From an uncultured Planctomycetota bacterium (lineage in GTDB: Bacteria > Planctomycetota > Planctomycetia > Isosphaerales > Isosphaeraceae), in contig CAWGMQ010000008.1 in the NCBI GenBank assembly GCA_963823665.1, positions 1,312,001 to 1,376,000 of the forward strand: a stretch of 64,000 nucleotides of DNA, written 5' to 3'. The notes beneath the pieces were generated by a model. That model ran no database searches. It saw only the letters and a program-made list of their open reading frames with translations, and was not told the DNA's origin. The position numbers and the translations under genes were made by a program. This document shows, piece after piece, positions 39,801 to 51,809 of the stretch (position 1 is the stretch's first letter; each line of letters starts with the position of its first letter).

Positions 39801-42800
39801 GAGAAGCTCGCCACTCCGGCGGAGAGCGTGGCCGTGTTCGTTCCTTCCAGCGGCCCCGCGCCGCTCTCGAGCGACACGGAGACCACAGTGCCGTTATCGC
39901 TCGCCTCGATGTTTCCGTACTGGTCTTCCTCTGCGATGACCGGCTCAGTCGAGAATGGCTGCCCGGCCGTCGCAGTCGATGAGAGTTGCGTCTGGATCGC
40001 CAACTGGAAGGGCGCCGCCGCACTCACGTCGATTCCGTTCGAAGTGGCCGCCTTCAAGCTGCCGCTCTGGAAGAGAAGCGTGATGCTCTCTGCCTTGTTG
40101 TCAGCCAGGTTCGCAAAGTGCGCCACTCCACCGGCGAGGGTGGCCGTGTTCGTTCCCACCAGCGGCCCTGCGCCGCTCGAGAGCGATACAGAAACCGCGG
40201 TGCCGTTATCGCTCGTCTCGAGGTTGCCGAACTGATCCTCTTCCTCGACGACCGGCTGGGTCGAGAATGCCTGCCCGGCCGTCGCCGTCGTCGAAGGTTG
40301 CGTCTGGACGACCAACTGGAAGGGGGCAGCCGCACTGACGTTGATACTGCTCGAAATCGCCGGCTTCAAGCTGCCGCTCTTGAAGATGAGCGTGATTGCC
40401 TCCGCTTGGTTGTCCGCCAGATTCGAGAAGCTTGCCACTCCCGCAGAGACTGTGGCCGTGTTCGTTCCTTGCAGCGGCCCTACGCCGCTCTCAAGCGACA
40501 CAGAGACCACGGTGCTGTTGTCGCTTGTCTCGACGTTGCCGTACTGATCCTCTTCTTCGATAACCGGTTGGATTTCGAACGCCTGACCGGCCGTCGCGGC
40601 GCTTGAAGGTTTTGTCTCGATCACAAGCCGGTTCGCAGTGGCCGGGCTCACCGCGATCTCGCCGGACGCGGCCGACGTGAGGCCGCTCGATTTGAAGATG
40701 AGCGTGATGGTCTCGGCCTTGTTGTCCGCCAGATTCGCGAAGCTCGCCACTCCGTCCGAGACGGTGACTGACGCCGTTCCCTGGAGCGGCCCTGTCCCGC
40801 TCGAGAGCGACACGGTCACGACCGTGCTGTCGTCGGTCGTCTCGATGTTGCCGTACTGGTCCTCTTCGATGATGACCGGCTGGATGAGGAATGCCTGGCC
40901 GGCTGTCGCCGCGCTTGAGGGCTCTATCTCAATCACCAACTGGCTCGGGGTCGCCGCGCTCACCGTGATCGGGCTCGAAGTCGCGGATTGCAGGATTCCG
41001 CTCTTGAAAATGAGCGTGATGGTTTCCGCCGTGTCGTCGGCCAGGCTCGAGAACACCGCCACGCCTTTGGAGAGTCTCACCATGGCGGTGCCCTCGAGCG
41101 GGCCGACGCCGCTCTCGAGCGACGCCGTCACCACGGTGCTGTCATCGCTCGTCTCGATGTTTCCGTACTGATCTTCTTCCTCGATCACCGGCTGAGTCGA
41201 GAACGCCTGCCCGGCCGTCGCCGGTGCGGAGGGCTCGGTCGAGACCACGAGCCTGAAGGCAGCGGCGGGCGTTACATTGAAGGGGCTGGTGACCAAGCTC
41301 GCCAGGCCGCTGCTGCTGGCTCGGAGCGTATACCCGGTTCCGGCGGTATCCAGCGTCAAGTCGGAGAAACTTGCCATGCCATTCGTCACGGCGAGCGTCA
41401 ATGTCCCGCCCAACGTGCCTGAGCCCGGGTTGTTCGCCAGCGTGATCGTGACCTCGCCGCTGTAGCTCGAAAGCACATCGCCCGAGATGTTCTCAACCGA
41501 CACGGTGAGCCCGAATTCACTCCCGGCAGTAACATTCGAATTCGGCTCTGCGGTGATCACCAGTTGCATCGCTCCTGTGTCGTACGAAACGAGGTCTGGG
41601 ACCAGCAGATTGGCGATTGGCGACCCCAGGCCGGTGAGCTCGTCGTAGCCGGGTCCTGCAAACAAGCCGTTGTATCCGGAGGTGATTTCATGGAAATCGC
41701 TCGAGGGAAGGCTGTAGAGCGCCTCCAGGGTCTGCATTGGATCTGTTGTACTGTTGAAAACCGTGCCGCCACTGGCCACACGTCCCTGGTTGGCGATGGC
41801 GATGATGCCGGCCCAGCAAGGACTGGAGAGGCTCGTCCCGTAGTAGTCGTACTCGAGCCGGCCGTTCTGGTAGCACGTCACCCCGCTATTATCGCTTCCG
41901 TCGAAGCTCACGTCGGGTGTCATGCGGGATCCCGTGCTCTGCACCGGGAACTGGTATGCGGGCTCGGACTCGTACTGGCTTTCACCGCCCGCGGTGGCCC
42001 ATGCCGGCGCAATGCCGACCGCGTCGGCGACCACGCTGCCGTTCGCGGAATTCGCACTCAGCACGACGGTGATCGTGCCACTCTCTGGGTAGTAATCGCC
42101 CAGTTCCTGGAACTGCGTGTCACCGTCAACCGTGCCCTGCGGCGCCTTTGTCTGATCGACGGTCACTGTATCAAGCAATGTGCCGCTCGCCGCCGAGCCG
42201 TCGTAGATCTCGTAAGTCGCATTCGTCGCATTGCCGGGATCGGGTACCCAGGTCGCAGACACCTCGGTACCGCCCTCCCAGCCTTCATCCGACGAGCCAA
42301 TCGACGTGGTCCATTCCGCCGTGCTGTTACTCCCGCCTACCGCCGAGCTAAACGTGCCGCTGAAACCCCCCGACCCCGATGCCCAGGAGCCGAATTGCGA
42401 GTACGATCCGCTGCCGTTGTCGAGTGTGCGCGGCGTCGGGAAGCTCCAGGCGGTTTCGCTGCCGTAGCTGTCGCCGTTCATGGTCAGCTCAGTCGCGCCG
42501 ACCGCGACCACATTGGGCGAGAAAGCCGGATAGCCGCCGGGGGTTCCGCCATCTCCGGAGCTTGCCAGGAAAGTGACCCCCGGGTGGCCGCTCGGAGTCA
42601 CGAACGTGCTCGAATCATAGGCCATCTCGCGCGCTACCGTTGCTCCAGGTGGATTCGGAATAAATCCAGCTCATCGACACCACGGTGACCCCGGGCAGTT
42701 GCCCCGCCGTCGCCGCACCAGTGAAGAGGTCGGCTTCGTTGTTACATTCAATCAGGTCGATGTGAGCCCCCGGCGCAATCGCATGCGCCCATTCCACGTC

Positions 42801-43634
42801 GAGCGTTTCCTCGAGCTCCCAGCTACCGGTCGGGTCCGTTGCCGGCACGGCACCTTCGCCGCTGTCGCCCAACTCGCTCGTGATGTCGGTTCCGTACTCG
42901 TTGAACACGGTCAAGATCGACGACGCCGGCCCGTATGCTTGATACAGCGTCGGGCTCGTGTTCGTTGTCATGTTCATCGATTCGTCAAAGCCGTCCAGGT
43001 CCGTGATGATGTTTGGATCGTTGTACGCATCGACGATGCCGATCGTTTGCCCGGTGCCATCGGGTGTTTCGGCCTCGAAGTCGGGAATGCTGTCGATGCC
43101 GTAGGCCGCGCGAATCTGGGAGACCGAGTACGTCAGGTAACTCACCGCCGGTAACGCCGCCGTGAAGTTGAAGCTGATCGTGTTGTCGGCATAACTCGTC
43201 TCCGGCACGGACTGGTCCGGATCGACCGTGACCGTCACCTGGTTTTCACCGGGGGTCGCGATGAAGTAGCCACGGTAATAATACCAACCGACCGTCCCCG
43301 AGTTGCCGGCACCATAAGCAAGGTAACCGGAGTCAAGGGTCGTGCCGTTGACCGTATAGGCAACGCGAAAGGACGCATCACTCGGTAAGTTCTGGGTCGT
43401 GAAATCGACCCGGATGTCGACATCCTCGCCGGCGCTCACAGTGGAAAGGGGATTGTCACTCGTGTCAACCACAAGCGCATTCGTGACCGCGATGTTGCCG
43501 GTGAGCGCGATTCGCGCCTCCAGGAACTCCGGAATGAGCCCAGCGCCAAAGCGCCTGCACCGGCGGGGACGCCGTCGGGATGATTTAAAGCCACGTTGCC
43601 TCAGGGCGCGGAGACGAAGCGCAAACAAATTCAT
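36824..43634 (-). CDS. Giant exported S53 (sedolisin-like) protease with CARDB-like, golvesin-like and about 14 Ig-like repeats (about 2270 aa); frameshift near 42630
   Basis: N-terminal RRRPRR...EFLEARIALT; EETLDVEWAHAIAP, ASSGDGG, GTSLSSP and GYDELTGLGSP. Removing one base in agcgcgcgagatg joins ORFs 42615-43634 and 36824-42625. Confidence 0.88.
37850..41280 (-). repeat. 11 tandem 312-bp (104-aa) Ig-like repeats, flanked by 3 divergent units
   Basis: The EED(Q/R)(Y/F)GN motif recurs every 312 bp (e.g. at 41165 and 40853). Confidence 0.92.
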
Positions 43635-43874
43635 GCGACTTCTCAGGCAAAAGCCGTCGGTTGTCTTTCTGCACGGATCTCAAATCCCAGACCCGCAGAG
43701 CGCCGCAGACGGAAACGCGGAAGCACCATCACCCACCGCAATCGACCGTCTCATCCTCCTCGCGAGGTAGAGACTCATCAATCGAATCGCACTTTGGATT
43801 TTCATCCTACTCTCAGGGTGACTCGTACTCCTACTCCCAAGTCCATAAAAACCATCGATCGCACTCACAACACC

Positions 43875-46478
43875 TCAACGACCATCGACTCCCCCGCCCA
43901 CGGGCGCGGGCCTGTGAGGCTGGAGCCGCATCGCCTCTATCCCCGCTCCCCAGGTGAACCGGTGAAAACTCTTGTCCCAGCGCCGTTGATTCGTGAGTTC
44001 CCCCGCCTTCGTGATTCCGGGAACCGAAACCAGCGCGATCGAGACGAGCGCGGCGAAGTACCATGCCTGCCAGCGTGCCGGCCAGTCGAGCGCGCGATGC
44101 TCGTCCTCAAGGTGAACCGATCGCCGCGGAACGAACCAGAGCAAACCGAGCAGCGGAATTCCGCAGACGCTGATCCAGAGCCCAAGCCTCCAGCCGGCCG
44201 GGCTGTATTCGAAGACGACGGTGTGCTTCCCTCCGGGAAGATAGACGGCCCGGAACTGCGCAATACGCGGGATAAATCGTTGCCGCCTGGCCATCGACGG
44301 TAGCCGACCAGCCCGGGTCGAACGAGTCGGAAACGACGAGATAGCTTGGCGACGAAGCCTCCGTCTCCACCACGACTCGCTCGGGAATCTCGCTGGCGAT
44401 CCGCGCCGATCCGTTGACCTCGGCGTCAGGGGGAAGGGGACGCGCCGGGTCTTCCACGATCAGGCGGTCGCGCAGTTGATCAACCATCGTCAGGCGCTTG
44501 ATCAGGGCGATTGCCTCGGTCACGTCTTTGGCGTATGCAGGCTTACCCGCCAGCCGCACCCGCGGCAGCGCCGCGCATTTCGGTGGATGAACGCCTTGTC
44601 CGCTGGTTGCGCAGGCAACGGCAAGATCTTCCCTCGCCTCGCCCGCCCCGTGAGCACGTGCGTGACGCTCTCGATATCGAAACGCCCGCCGCCGATCAAG
44701 GCGTGGTCCGTATAATTCAGATGCCGCTGCGGGATGACCGGCGTCTCACCGCGTGATCCGTAAACGTTCCAGACGACCGGCAGGCTCCAGTCCAGTTGAT
44801 CGCGCACCCCGAGGAAATCGATCTCTTTCGAAACGTACCCGGGCTCCGCGGCTGACTTGTCGGCATTGCCGAAGACCCGGATCAAACCGGGATCGGCCTT
44901 CAACTTGACAACCGATTCCGGAGGCATAGTCCAGTAAGCTGGGTCAACCGTCGGCACGTCATACCAGTGCGAGCCCAAGAGGTCGGCGATGATCAGAAGT
45001 GGAAGAATGGCAACCCAGCGCGCACGAGAAAAGGGAGTGCGAGCCCGCCTTGCCCGGTGAGCCACGATCCAGGCCAATCCGCACAAGATCGCGGTGCGCG
45101 CGAAGGCGATCACAAGCTCGCGGCCCAACCAGTGGAATTGAAGCAGGTTTCGTGGCGGGACGGCGCCGCTCAACTGCTTCCACACCGGAGCGTACACAAC
45201 ACCCAGGATGGGGATCGAGAGCAAGATGAGCCAAACCGCGACGACCAATCCCGGCTTCAGCGATACTCCCGCATCGCGCTCGAGCCTCTCAACGCCCACG
45301 GCCGCAAGCGCTGCGGCCGCCATCGCGAGCCAGATGTGGAATCGCACCGGCTCGCGCGAACTGCCCACGATCGGAATCCTGTGCGCAAAGTCGAACACGA
45401 ACGTGAACTTCCCGAGCATGAGAAGCAGGGCGAGCCCCGACAACAAAACCCAGAAAGTCACCCAGCGGTCGCGTGCGGGCTGGCCGCCGGCCCCCGTGAT
45501 CGCCAGCACGATTGCGATCAGCCCCAGGTAGGTGTTCATCTCGTGATACGGATAGAATCCGTCCATCCAGTCGGTGTCGCGGGCGCGCGTGCCGTACGCC
45601 TCGCGAACGACCATTGTGGGCAGCAGCTCCGGATGCCACGAGCCGTAAGTCAAGTCCGACCAGGTGAGCCCCGCCGCGCGAGGCGATCGATCGAGCAGCT
45701 CCTTGGAGGGCACCCACTGCACGGCCGAAAGGAGCACGCCCAACCCGGCCAGCACGACGGCCATCCCGAGTGCGCGCACCCGCTGCGCCAAGCCTCGCTC
45801 AGTGGCAGCGCGGTAGAGGCCGTACAGACCGACCAGCCCTGCCGTGAAAAACACGTCCTGAAGGTGGCCGGCAAACGTTTGAAACGCCATCGCGGCCGCG
45901 CCAATGGCCACGCCGCGCCAGCGACCACTCGACCAAGAGTGCTCCAACCCCCAGATCACGAACGGCACGCTCGCAAGTGCGTTGATCATGCTCGTGTGCA
46001 CCACGTGCGCCCACGTGAAGCCGGAGAGCCCGAAGATCGACGCACCGGCAAGCGCTGCGATCGGCCCGACGTGCCGTCTCAGCCAGAGATAACTGCCCGC
46101 TCCGGTCAGCCAGATCGAAAGCACGGTGTCGAGGTTGAATGCCTTCCAGGTCTCCATCCAGGGATAGAACAAGTACTTGAACGGGTGCAAATACCCGGCC
46201 TGGCTCTCGCTAAAGAGCGGCAGCCCGCAATAAAGGCCGGGGCACCAGCGCGAGAACCGGCCCGCCTTGAGCTCCTGGGCGAAGAACGCGCGATAAGGAT
46301 AATTGATCTCCGTGATGTCGAAGTAGAAGAGGGCTCCGCGCAGAGTGACGGCGTCCCAGAAAAAAGCGACGATCGCGACGGTCCAGACCACGATCGCGAC
46401 CACATCCGTCCGGCCCCACGGGCGCGGCTGGAAGAAACCGGGCGAGCTGTTGCTTGTCGCGCTCGGTTCACTGGACAC
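43875..46478 (-). CDS. YfhO-family polytopic membrane glycosyltransferase (GT-C); frameshifts near 44555 and 44270
   Basis: FYFDITEINYPYR...WCPGLYCGLPLFSESQAGYLHP, AGHLQ, YLG, then the C-terminal YLVVSDSFDPGWSATVDG...RAVYLPGGKHTVVFEYSP. Confidence 0.85.
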
Positions 46479-46480
46479 GG

Positions 46481-48238
46481 CTACAACCCCATGCGATCGG
46501 CAGAAGGAATGACAACACGGATCCGATCCAGCTCGGCCGGATCACGCCCGTCGTTTCGCCAAACTGTGCCAAATGGCGCTCGCCAGTTGATTCGCGATGC
46601 TGGATCGTGGAGCTCTTCGATCCATCCTCTTCTCGATTTCCTCAAGCGCTCTGGACGGATATCACCTTCGATTCTCAGTCCCAGCACCAGCAACCTTCCT
46701 TGACTCGATCCCAGGCCGCGTGACCACCCCACGAAACGGTTCGGATAGATCGGGTACGGTATCCCGATCAACTTCTTGCCAGACAGAAACGACATTCGAT
46801 AGACGTCCCAATATCCGCCTAACACATGGGTGACGTCGGATGGAATCTCGTAAGTCGCAAAGCTCTCAAACCCGTGGTGACCGTATAACGCCCAGAGCCG
46901 CGGCTTCGACCATTCTTCGCGCGGGCTCGAGAGGAGTCGCCACGCATCGTCAAGGTAGTGGAGCTTATTTTGATACCATCGTGCCGCGGTGCCAGTCATC
47001 ACCTGCGCCAGCGTGACGGCAATCACAACCGCCGCTGCAATGCCGAGCGGCCCGCGTTTCAGCAAGGCGCCCATCATCAATCCAAATCCAAGCGACCAGG
47101 GAACGAGCAGGTAAATCAGGTATCGGTAGTTGTCCGAATTAAAGATGTTCCGATTGAGCAGGAACGCGCCGACGATCAAGACTGCCGAGACGCACGTCCC
47201 CGTCGCGATCGCCCTCCCGCGCGCGTCGACGGACCACAAAAACTCGAGCGACAACCGAGTAAGAGCAACCATGAAGCCGGCAAGCAACAGAACCGCAAGC
47301 CACTCCTGTCCCGATAGCACGCTCGAAGGATTGCCGAATCCGGGGAGCGACAGCAGCAGGTTTCCAGCGAGGCTTCCATCTCGCTGGACGAGACTATCAA
47401 ATGTGGTCAGCTCGGTGCCTGCGATCAATCGCGGCACGCATTTAAACGCCAGCAGCCGCCCGTGCTCCTTGATCGCCGCGCTGTCAAACGTCGCGACGAA
47501 CTGAGACGGATATGCGTCGTGCGGATCAACGATTCTGCCAATCTCGTGAGGCAAGAACCCGACGATTGCGGCGAGGCAAAACGACGCGATCATCCTCAAC
47601 TTCAAATGCCAACGTCCTCCACATAGCCAGCCCACGAGCGCCGCGGGCAACAATCCGAATAACGTGAACAGAAACATCATATCGAGATATAGCCCCAGCC
47701 CGCACCAGAGGCCCAGCGCCATGGCTCGCAGCGCGCCGCCCTTGCTCAGGCAGGCATGCAATCCCACGAACGCGAGAATGTGCCACGCCAGGGTGAGAAG
47801 ATGCCCCCCCGTGATCCGTCCCGACAGCCAGATCGTGCCCGTCGAGGAAAAGACCAGCGGCAGGATCGCCCAGCCGGCGACGGACGGTCCATACGCTTTC
47901 CAGGCCAGAGCGAAAGTGCCTGCGACGATCAGAACCCAAATCAACGTTCCGCCGCTCACGAGCGTGAACGCATTTGCTCCCCAGAGGAGCGCCTGTGGAT
48001 ACGAAAAGAACAACGGCAGGATACCCATGTGCGGCGTGCCGGGGTAATGCCATCGCCACTGGCCGCGCAAGGCGTCGATCAATGTCAGCCCGTCGACGGC
48101 CAGGTCGCTGTCGAGATGATTCTCGGCGTTGACGATCAAGGGCACGCGTAACAGGATCGTCCAGACGAGCCCGAGCCCCAGCACCACCCAGGGCCAGTGA
48201 GGATTTCGGTTGGTGGCGCTCGAGGATGTGTCGGTCAT
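46481..48238 (-). CDS. GT-C (ArnT/PMT-like) polytopic membrane protein
   Basis: TM1 followed by LDSDLAVDGL...HYPGTPHMG, many TMs, RYLIYL and GGYWDVYRMSFLSG. Confidence 0.7.
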   Translation of the reverse strand: MTDTSSSATNRNPHWPWVVLGLGLVWTILLRVPLIVNAENHLDSDLAVDGLTLIDALRGQWRWHYPGTPHMGILPLFFSYPQALLWGANAFTLVSGGTLIWVLIVAGTFALAWKAYGPSVAGWAILPLVFSSTGTIWLSGRITGGHLLTLAWHILAFVGLHACLSKGGALRAMALGLWCGLGLYLDMMFLFTLFGLLPAALVGWLCGGRWHLKLRMIASFCLAAIVGFLPHEIGRIVDPHDAYPSQFVATFDSAAIKEHGRLLAFKCVPRLIAGTELTTFDSLVQRDGSLAGNLLLSLPGFGNPSSVLSGQEWLAVLLLAGFMVALTRLSLEFLWSVDARGRAIATGTCVSAVLIVGAFLLNRNIFNSDNYRYLIYLLVPWSLGFGLMMGALLKRGPLGIAAAVVIAVTLAQVMTGTAARWYQNKLHYLDDAWRLLSSPREEWSKPRLWALYGHHGFESFATYEIPSDVTHVLGGYWDVYRMSFLSGKKLIGIPYPIYPNRFVGWSRGLGSSQGRLLVLGLRIEGDIRPERLRKSRRGWIEELHDPASRINWRAPFGTVWRNDGRDPAELDRIRVVIPSADRMGL

Positions 48239-48263
48239 GGCGAAGTGACGCGGGCTGGCAATC

Positions 48264-48824
48264 TCAGACGAAGAAGTCGCTCACGGTGCAACGAAATCCT
48301 GGCAGCTCTGGGAGATTCTGAATGACGTCTTTCTTCCGGAGAGTGATCGCATCGTCGTCGACAGCGCGAAAGATCATGACCTGACCTCGCTTTGGGAAAA
48401 CCACCCACACCAGCAAAACACCCGCTTGCAGGTATTCCGCGACCTTCTTCATGATTCCTCCGATTCGGTTTCCCGGAGAGACCACTTCGACGGCTAAATC
48501 CGGCGGCACCGGCGGCAACTTATTACCAACTTGAGCGCGAGGCCAGCGCGCTTCGCTGTAATAACAGACATCCGCCCCACGCACCGTGTCAGGGTCGTGC
48601 TCCGTCTGTACGGCCGAATCGTTCGACAAGGCGTAACCCAGCTTCGTCCGGCGCCCATAAGTTTCGAGCACAAAGAAGGCGTTACCGCAGACACGCCCGT
48701 GTTCCGGCATCGCAGGCGGCAATTGCTGAACTTCCCCTCGCACGAGCTCGAAGACCCCTTCGCCGAGATCGGCGGCCATGAACTCCTCGGCAGTCATCTG
48801 CTTGGTCTTGGTCGCAGCGGCCAT
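48264..48824 (-). CDS. Uma2 family (DUF820) endonuclease-like protein
   Basis: MTAEEF, FELVRGE, RGADVCY, PDLAVEVVSP, KVAEYLQAGV..VWVV and LPGF. Confidence 0.93.
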   Translation of the reverse strand: MAAATKTKQMTAEEFMAADLGEGVFELVRGEVQQLPPAMPEHGRVCGNAFFVLETYGRRTKLGYALSNDSAVQTEHDPDTVRGADVCYYSEARWPRAQVGNKLPPVPPDLAVEVVSPGNRIGGIMKKVAEYLQAGVLLVWVVFPKRGQVMIFRAVDDDAITLRKKDVIQNLPELPGFRCTVSDFFV

Positions 48825-48888
48825 GATTACAACTCCGGCGAGATCGGCTCGATCTCAGTTCAGCAGGCGGAATGCGTTTTCGTCAGGC

Positions 48889-50682
48889 CTACACCGCCCC
48901 CGCCATCTCCTCGAGCTGTGCAAAGGAGCGATTCTGTTCCTTTACGAGGAACTCGCGGCCGAAGCGGATGTGAATATGGTCCCAGGGAAGCACTTCATCG
49001 ATCGGCCGTTCGCGGTGGCTATAGAAGGGAACGTCGATCCCAAGATCCGCGAATGTGTCCCACCAGAGCCGCGGGTTGAAATACTCGCCCCAGGCATCAA
49101 GGCGGGCTCCGCGGCGCCAGGCGGCTTCCACGGCGGCGGCGACCCTCCGGTCTCCACGGGTCAAGATCCCCTCGAGCATGCTGCGCTCGATGTCGTGGGC
49201 CTTCACTGTCACCGAGCGGACACGCACTTTCGATTTGAGATACCGATGCGCCCAGTGAAGATAGTCGCGAGATTGCAATCCGTTCCACTGATACGCCGTG
49301 TGCGGCTTGGGGATGAAGTTCGACACGCTCGCTGTCACGTCGGCGTATCGGCCGGTCACATCCTTGCCGATCCGGGCGATCGTTTCAGCCATGTTCACGA
49401 TGCCGTCCAGATCAGCAGGCCGCTCGCCGGGCAGACCGCACATGAAATAGAGCTTCACCTTGCGCCAGCCGCGGCGAAACGCTTCGGCGCAGCCGTCGTA
49501 GAGGTCCTGGTTGTTGATCGGCTTGCGGATCTGCTGCCGCATGTCGTCGCGCGCCACCTCGGGTGCCAGCGTCAAGCCGCTGCGACGCCCTTCGGAAAGG
49601 AGCGCGGGAATCTTCTTGAGCGTCTCGGTGATGCGCAGGCTGGGAAGTGAGATCTTCACCCCCAGCGGCGTGAAGACCTCGCTCATGCGCGTCACCAGCT
49701 CCTCGAAGTCGGGGTAATCGCTGGTGGAAAGGGAGAGCAGGCTGATCTCGTCGTAGCCGGTCGAGCGATAGCTCTCGAGTGCGGCGGCCAGGATCGTTTC
49801 CACCGTGCGATGGCGCAGCGGCCGCTTGATCACGGTGCTCTGGCAGAACCGGCAGAGCCACGGGCAGCCGCGCATGATCTCGATGGCGATCCGGTCGTGG
49901 GCCGTCTCGACGAACGGGACGACCGGCCGCGTGGGCAGCGGAATGGAATCCAGGTCGCGGATCACGCACGGCTTGATTGCTTCCGGCACGTCGTCGCGCG
50001 TGCGCCGGATCTCGACGATCGTGCCGTCCTCCCCATAGATCGGCTCGTAAAATCTTGGCACGTACGCCCATTCGACGCTGCCGGCGATTCGCTGGAGCTT
50101 CTCCTCTCGCGAAAGGTCCGAGCCCTGCATCGACTTCCAAAGGTCGCACACAACCGGCAAGCTCGGCTCGCCGTCGCCAATGACGAACAGATCGATGAAC
50201 GGTGCGAGCAGCTCCGGATTCTGCGCCCCGGGCCCGCCCGCGATCACCAGCGTGTCATCCGGGCCGCGATCTTCCGCGTGAAGCGCCAGTCCCCCCAGAT
50301 CGAGCATCGTGAGCACGTTCGTGTAGCAGATCTCGTACTGGAGTGAAAACCCCAGGACGTCAAACCGGCAGAGCGGTGTGAACGTCTCGAGACTGTAGAG
50401 CGGCAGCCCCGCGTCCTTGAGCCCGAGCTCGAAGTCCGGTAGAGGCGTGAATACTCGCTCACACGCCCAGTCCGCCTCGTTCATGAGGCTGTACAACACC
50501 TGAAGACCGTGATGGCTCATTCCGAGCGAATAGGTGTCGGGGAACGCCAGGCAAACGCTTCCGCGGGTGGTGTTGTGGTCCTTGGCGATGCTGTTCAGCT
50601 CGCCGCCGACATACTGTGCGGGGGTTCGCACCCTGGGTAAGACCCGCGTGAATACCTCGTTTTTCAGATCCTGATTGAGCAT
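48889..50682 (-). CDS. B12-binding radical SAM protein (TIGR03960-like)
   Basis: PAQYVGGELNS, AFPDTYSLGMSH, EIMRGCPWLCRFCQ (CxxxCxxC), KLYFMCGLP and LPWDH. Confidence 0.93.
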   Translation of the reverse strand: MLNQDLKNEVFTRVLPRVRTPAQYVGGELNSIAKDHNTTRGSVCLAFPDTYSLGMSHHGLQVLYSLMNEADWACERVFTPLPDFELGLKDAGLPLYSLETFTPLCRFDVLGFSLQYEICYTNVLTMLDLGGLALHAEDRGPDDTLVIAGGPGAQNPELLAPFIDLFVIGDGEPSLPVVCDLWKSMQGSDLSREEKLQRIAGSVEWAYVPRFYEPIYGEDGTIVEIRRTRDDVPEAIKPCVIRDLDSIPLPTRPVVPFVETAHDRIAIEIMRGCPWLCRFCQSTVIKRPLRHRTVETILAAALESYRSTGYDEISLLSLSTSDYPDFEELVTRMSEVFTPLGVKISLPSLRITETLKKIPALLSEGRRSGLTLAPEVARDDMRQQIRKPINNQDLYDGCAEAFRRGWRKVKLYFMCGLPGERPADLDGIVNMAETIARIGKDVTGRYADVTASVSNFIPKPHTAYQWNGLQSRDYLHWAHRYLKSKVRVRSVTVKAHDIERSMLEGILTRGDRRVAAAVEAAWRRGARLDAWGEYFNPRLWWDTFADLGIDVPFYSHRERPIDEVLPWDHIHIRFGREFLVKEQNRSFAQLEEMAGAV

Positions 50683-50927
50683 GCTAGGGCCCACCCCGAT
50701 CGATGTTGGCAGCGCACAAACTGCATCTTACCCGGTCACGTGCTCTAAAAACAGTTGCGCCGCGAATTGAGCGCCCGGTGTGACACCCCGCAACGGACTG
50801 GCACGCGGCCAGCGCATCAGATATACCATCGCGATCGCCCGCTCGGGGCTTTGGCGAGCCCGCCTGCCGAGGCGTTCTGGTCGCTTGGCGACCGAAGTTC
50901 AAGAAATCCCTGAGCGAGGCTCCTTCC

Positions 50928-51749
50928 ATGGTCATGCCGCTGAGCGACGAACATCCGACGCGCATCGTCCCGGTCGTCAACTATGCGATCATCGCTCTCA
51001 ACGTCGTGGTTTTCCTCCTCCAACAATCCCGGCCAGAATCGTTCACGATCGCGTACTCGGCAACCCCATACGAGATCACGCACAACCTCGATATCGAGAA
51101 GCCGGTCGTCTTCAGCCGCGAGGTTGCGGAGCAGGATGCGATGGGGCGGATGCAGTTGCGGCCGGAGGATCAGACGATTCCGCAGGCTGCGATCCCGTTC
51201 CCCGTGTGGTTCACGCTCTTTACATCGATGTTCATGCACGGGGGGCTCGCCCACCTGGGCGGGAACATGCTCTACCTCTGGATCTTCGGAGACAACGTCG
51301 AGGAAGTGCTAGGCCGCGTGCGCTACTCGCTCGTGTATCTCGCGTGTGGGCTGTCAGCCAGCCTGGCGCACATTGCATTGGCTCCTGACTCGCTGATCCC
51401 TTCTCTGGGAGCTTCGGGGGCGATTGCCGGCGTGATGGGGATGTACCTCATCTGGTTCCCGCACAACCGGGTGCGCGTCCTGGCGCTGCGCACAATCACC
51501 TGGATGCCGGCGCTCCTGGTCATCGGTCTGTGGATCGTGATGCAACTGGTGCTGGGTATGGGCGAGCTGTCGAGCGCCGGCAAGCAGGGTGGGGTGGCCT
51601 ATGCCGCGCACGTTGGCGGTGCGGCGGCCGGCATCCTCTTCGGCCTGGTCTATCGGGACCGTGCCCGTGCTTTCGGCGAGCGCCCGTCCGACCTCGGCTG
51701 GGCCCCGCCCCGCCACCGCACGCCGTACAGCCCTTCCCCGTATCGCTAA
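50928..51749 (+). CDS. Rhomboid family intramembrane serine protease
   Basis: SMFMHGG..HLGGNMLYLWIFGDNVE, GASGA (catalytic Ser) and AHVGG (catalytic His). Confidence 0.95.
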   Translation: MVMPLSDEHPTRIVPVVNYAIIALNVVVFLLQQSRPESFTIAYSATPYEITHNLDIEKPVVFSREVAEQDAMGRMQLRPEDQTIPQAAIPFPVWFTLFTSMFMHGGLAHLGGNMLYLWIFGDNVEEVLGRVRYSLVYLACGLSASLAHIALAPDSLIPSLGASGAIAGVMGMYLIWFPHNRVRVLALRTITWMPALLVIGLWIVMQLVLGMGELSSAGKQGGVAYAAHVGGAAAGILFGLVYRDRARAFGERPSDLGWAPPRHRTPYSPSPYR

Positions 51750-51809
51750 ATGTGGGTCAACATCGGGACGATCGCGTACAATACCGTGTAGAACGACGGT
51801 CCGGAAAAG

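Noticed and set aside
37850..41280. Diversity-generating retroelement template/variable repeat pair
   Set aside because: Differences are not adenine-specific, all copies are coding, and no reverse transcriptase is present.
48264..48824. Uma2 (and DUF4058 at 702-1487) as restriction or defence systems
   Set aside because: They are solo genes without a DNA methyltransferase or partner, and both families are commonly expanded in planctomycetes.
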